A stretch of DNA of 64,000 nucleotides from Candidatus Oxydemutatoraceae bacterium (lineage in GTDB: Bacteria; Pseudomonadota; Gammaproteobacteria; Poriferisulfidales; Oxydemutatoraceae): the NCBI GenBank assembly GCA_965220085.1, contig CBDCOZ010000001.1:128001-192000 (forward strand), read 5' to 3'. Made by a program: the position numbers and the translations under genes. The first letter of the stretch is position 1; each line of letters starts with the position of its first letter. Under the pieces are notes generated by a model. It was given only the letters and a program-made list of their open reading frames with translations, made no database searches and was not told the DNA's origin. This document shows, piece by piece, positions 61,958-64,000 of the stretch.

Positions 61958-62750
61958 GCCGATTGACAAGGCCGCCGTTCGAAGCTCCTTTGACAAGGTC
62001 GCTTTTGAATACGATGCGCACGCCGGCTTGCAACAGAAAACGGCTTGCGCGCTGCTGGCTTTGTGCGGACGACATGCCGATATGCCGCAGACCGCATTGG
62101 ATATCGGCACCGGCACCGGCTACGGCACGCGCCTTTTGTGCCGCCATTTTCCGCATGTGTATGCGGTCGGACTTGATTTTTCCGAGCGCATGCTACAGCG
62201 CTCAATATTGTACGGGCAATGCCTCTCCCGCAGTCATTATGTCTGCGCCGACGCCAAGGATTTGCCGTTCGCACATGACACTTTTGATCTCATCTGCTCC
62301 AGTTTGTTTGTTCAGTGGTACCCCGAAAAGGAGGAATTGTTCGCGCATTGCAAAGAAATATTGCGCGACAAAGGCTGGTTGTTCTTCTCGACTTTCGGTC
62401 CGCAAACACTGTTTGAGTTGCGCGAAAGTTGGAAAGCGGTTGACACCGACCGGCACACGCTGGACTTTGAAAGCGCGGCGGATATCAGAGCGATGTTAGA
62501 GCGCGCCGGCTTTGCGGTTCGCTCATGCAAACGCAGCACGGAGGTGATACATCATCGCGGCGTCAAAGCGGCGTTGCGCAGCCTGAAAAACATCGGCGCG
62601 CAAAACCATATGGCAAATCGCCAAGCGGGACTGACGCCGCCCGCCAAGATGCAAGCGATGAGCGCCCACTATTTGTATCATTTCGGGGTTCAGGATTTAG
62701 TGCCGATGACATACGAAGCCTTATTGTTTGCCGCCTGCGCGGCAGACTGA
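61950..62750 (+). CDS. bioC: Malonyl-ACP O-methyltransferase
   Basis: YDAHAGLQ, LDIGTGTG, STFGPQTLFEL, LKNIGA. Confidence 0.9.
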   Translation: MSEPIDKAAVRSSFDKVAFEYDAHAGLQQKTACALLALCGRHADMPQTALDIGTGTGYGTRLLCRHFPHVYAVGLDFSERMLQRSILYGQCLSRSHYVCADAKDLPFAHDTFDLICSSLFVQWYPEKEELFAHCKEILRDKGWLFFSTFGPQTLFELRESWKAVDTDRHTLDFESAADIRAMLERAGFAVRSCKRSTEVIHHRGVKAALRSLKNIGAQNHMANRQAGLTPPAKMQAMSAHYLYHFGVQDLVPMTYEALLFAACAAD

Positions 62751-62845
62751 GCGCCGGCTGTTTTCTGAATAATGCGCGTATCCTGCGGCGGAGAAGGGGG
62801 TATTAGGGTGCGCACAAGGGGAGTGAGGCAGGCTACAAAAAGAAG

Positions 62846-63130
62846 CTTGCAAAGGACTGCGCTTTGTGGCAGAGTACGCTAAATGAGGGAAACAATGGAC
62901 AATTTAACTCTTGCAAATGACTTGTACTTTGTGATAGAGTACATTAAATGAGGGAAGCAATGAACAACTCAACTTTTGCAAATGACTCGCGCTTTGTGGC
63001 AGAGTACAGTACTAAGAGTGCTCGCACTCATTAGTACAATTTTATTTGCTAGACAAGCTATGAGGAGTAATACGATGAATCGACAAACTGCCAAAGATAC
63101 TTGCAAAATGGTTCGCACTTATAGTAGAAT
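62846..63130 (+). promoter_or_regulatory. Tandem 64-65 bp promoter-like repeats and a 29-bp palindrome
   Basis: TTGCAA-N17/18-(C/T)AGAGT x3, TTGCAA-N18-TAGAAT; GTACTAAGAGTGC-TC-GCACTCATTAGTAC at 63009-63037. Confidence 0.6.
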
Positions 63131-63164
63131 AAGTGCTGCCATAGACTGCTATAGGAGAAATATT

Positions 63165-64000
63165 ATGAATAAACAGACTTTTAACACTACCCCCCCCCCC
63201 CCCCCCCCCACTGGCGGGCAACGCTAACCCGGCTTAGCCTCTGGTCGCTGGTTCTGCCAGCCCTGTTTGCCATCTGCGCTCAGGCGCAGGCGGCCAAGCC
63301 GGACATCTTCGGTGCATTCGTAGACGTATACACCAACGCCAACGCCGACAGCCCCTACGCCTTCAAGAAGACCGACTTCCCGTTCCACGATGGCGATGGC
63401 GACGAACTGCAAAGCATAACCATCCTCAGCATACCCCAACGCGGCACTTTGCGGGTGGGCGGATCCGCTGTCACTGTGCCCCGGGATGTGGCCGCCGCCG
63501 CCATCGGCGACATTACCTACTACCCGGAGCCGGGCCAGAGTCCGACCGCCAACTACGCCACCTTTCTCTTCACTGTCACGGCTGGCGGAGAAACCTCCCT
63601 ACAGGCTGCAAGCAACACCATCCGGCTGGTGTTGCGGTCACAGTCCGCTGCCACCGGCTCGCCCGCCATCACCGCCCAGAGTCAGACCGCCCAGAGTACC
63701 TGGGATGAGGACATACTGCTGACAGCCGCTATGGACACTGTTGCCGATGCCAACGGCATAAGCGCCGGCACCATTGCTTGGCGGTGGGAACAATCGCCCT
63801 TCCGGAATCGGCTCTACGCCGCCATCAGCGGCGCCACCGCCATCACTTTCACCCCTCGGCAGGCCCAGGTGGGCATGTATATCCGCGCCTGCATCAGCTT
63901 TATGGACATGCATATCCCTCCCAGGCTTGAGACCGTCTGCTCCGCCGGCACCCAAGTGATGAACATCAGCGATGCCCCCGTCGGGGCCGACTCCGTTGTG
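63165..64000 (+). CDS. Ig/cadherin-like secreted family member, frameshifted at C20 (putative phase-OFF), runs off window
   Basis: AGGAG RBS, MNKQTFNTT, then C20; other frame gives ...ALFAICAQAQAA..YAFKKTDFPFHD..IPQRG..DANGI..WRWEQ..FTPRQAQVGMYIRACISF, homologous to the 1-5 kb array. Confidence 0.8.
63190..63209. repeat. C20 homopolymer
   Basis: Seen directly. Confidence 0.9.

Overview
A 64-kb window of GC-rich gammaproteobacterial chromosome. The Calx-beta, Ig-like and Cys-rich secreted proteins suggest a host-associated lineage (inference). The housekeeping backbone is folB-folK/folM, uppP/cca, TPR-LDT/mpaA, trxA-rho/purD-purH-oxyR, rpe-trpEGDC/hydantoinase, nrdAB-dsbB-MOSC-proC-yggT-tsaD/plsY and bioH-bioC. 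AT-richer accessory inserts are a CfrBI-like R-M system, an intact IS1595 element, a Mrr-like nuclease, a PIN toxin-antitoxin islet, and a 4.5-kb composite element built from three 195-bp IS1595-derived MITEs (8-bp target duplication) that carries an intact-looking HEPN + winged-helix + ncRNA + RT retron. Two signals are not explained by standard annotation. (1) Six secreted proteins of three unrelated architectures all end in the same C-terminal peptide, LRLRLFLEGPLR-stop. Loci of this family share promoter/operator motifs, and two lead genes are frameshifted at poly-C tracts, so this is a candidate undescribed phase-variable sorting/display system. (2) Five tail-to-tail housekeeping gene junctions are each tandemly amplified 2-4 times (133-288 bp units with diverged copies).
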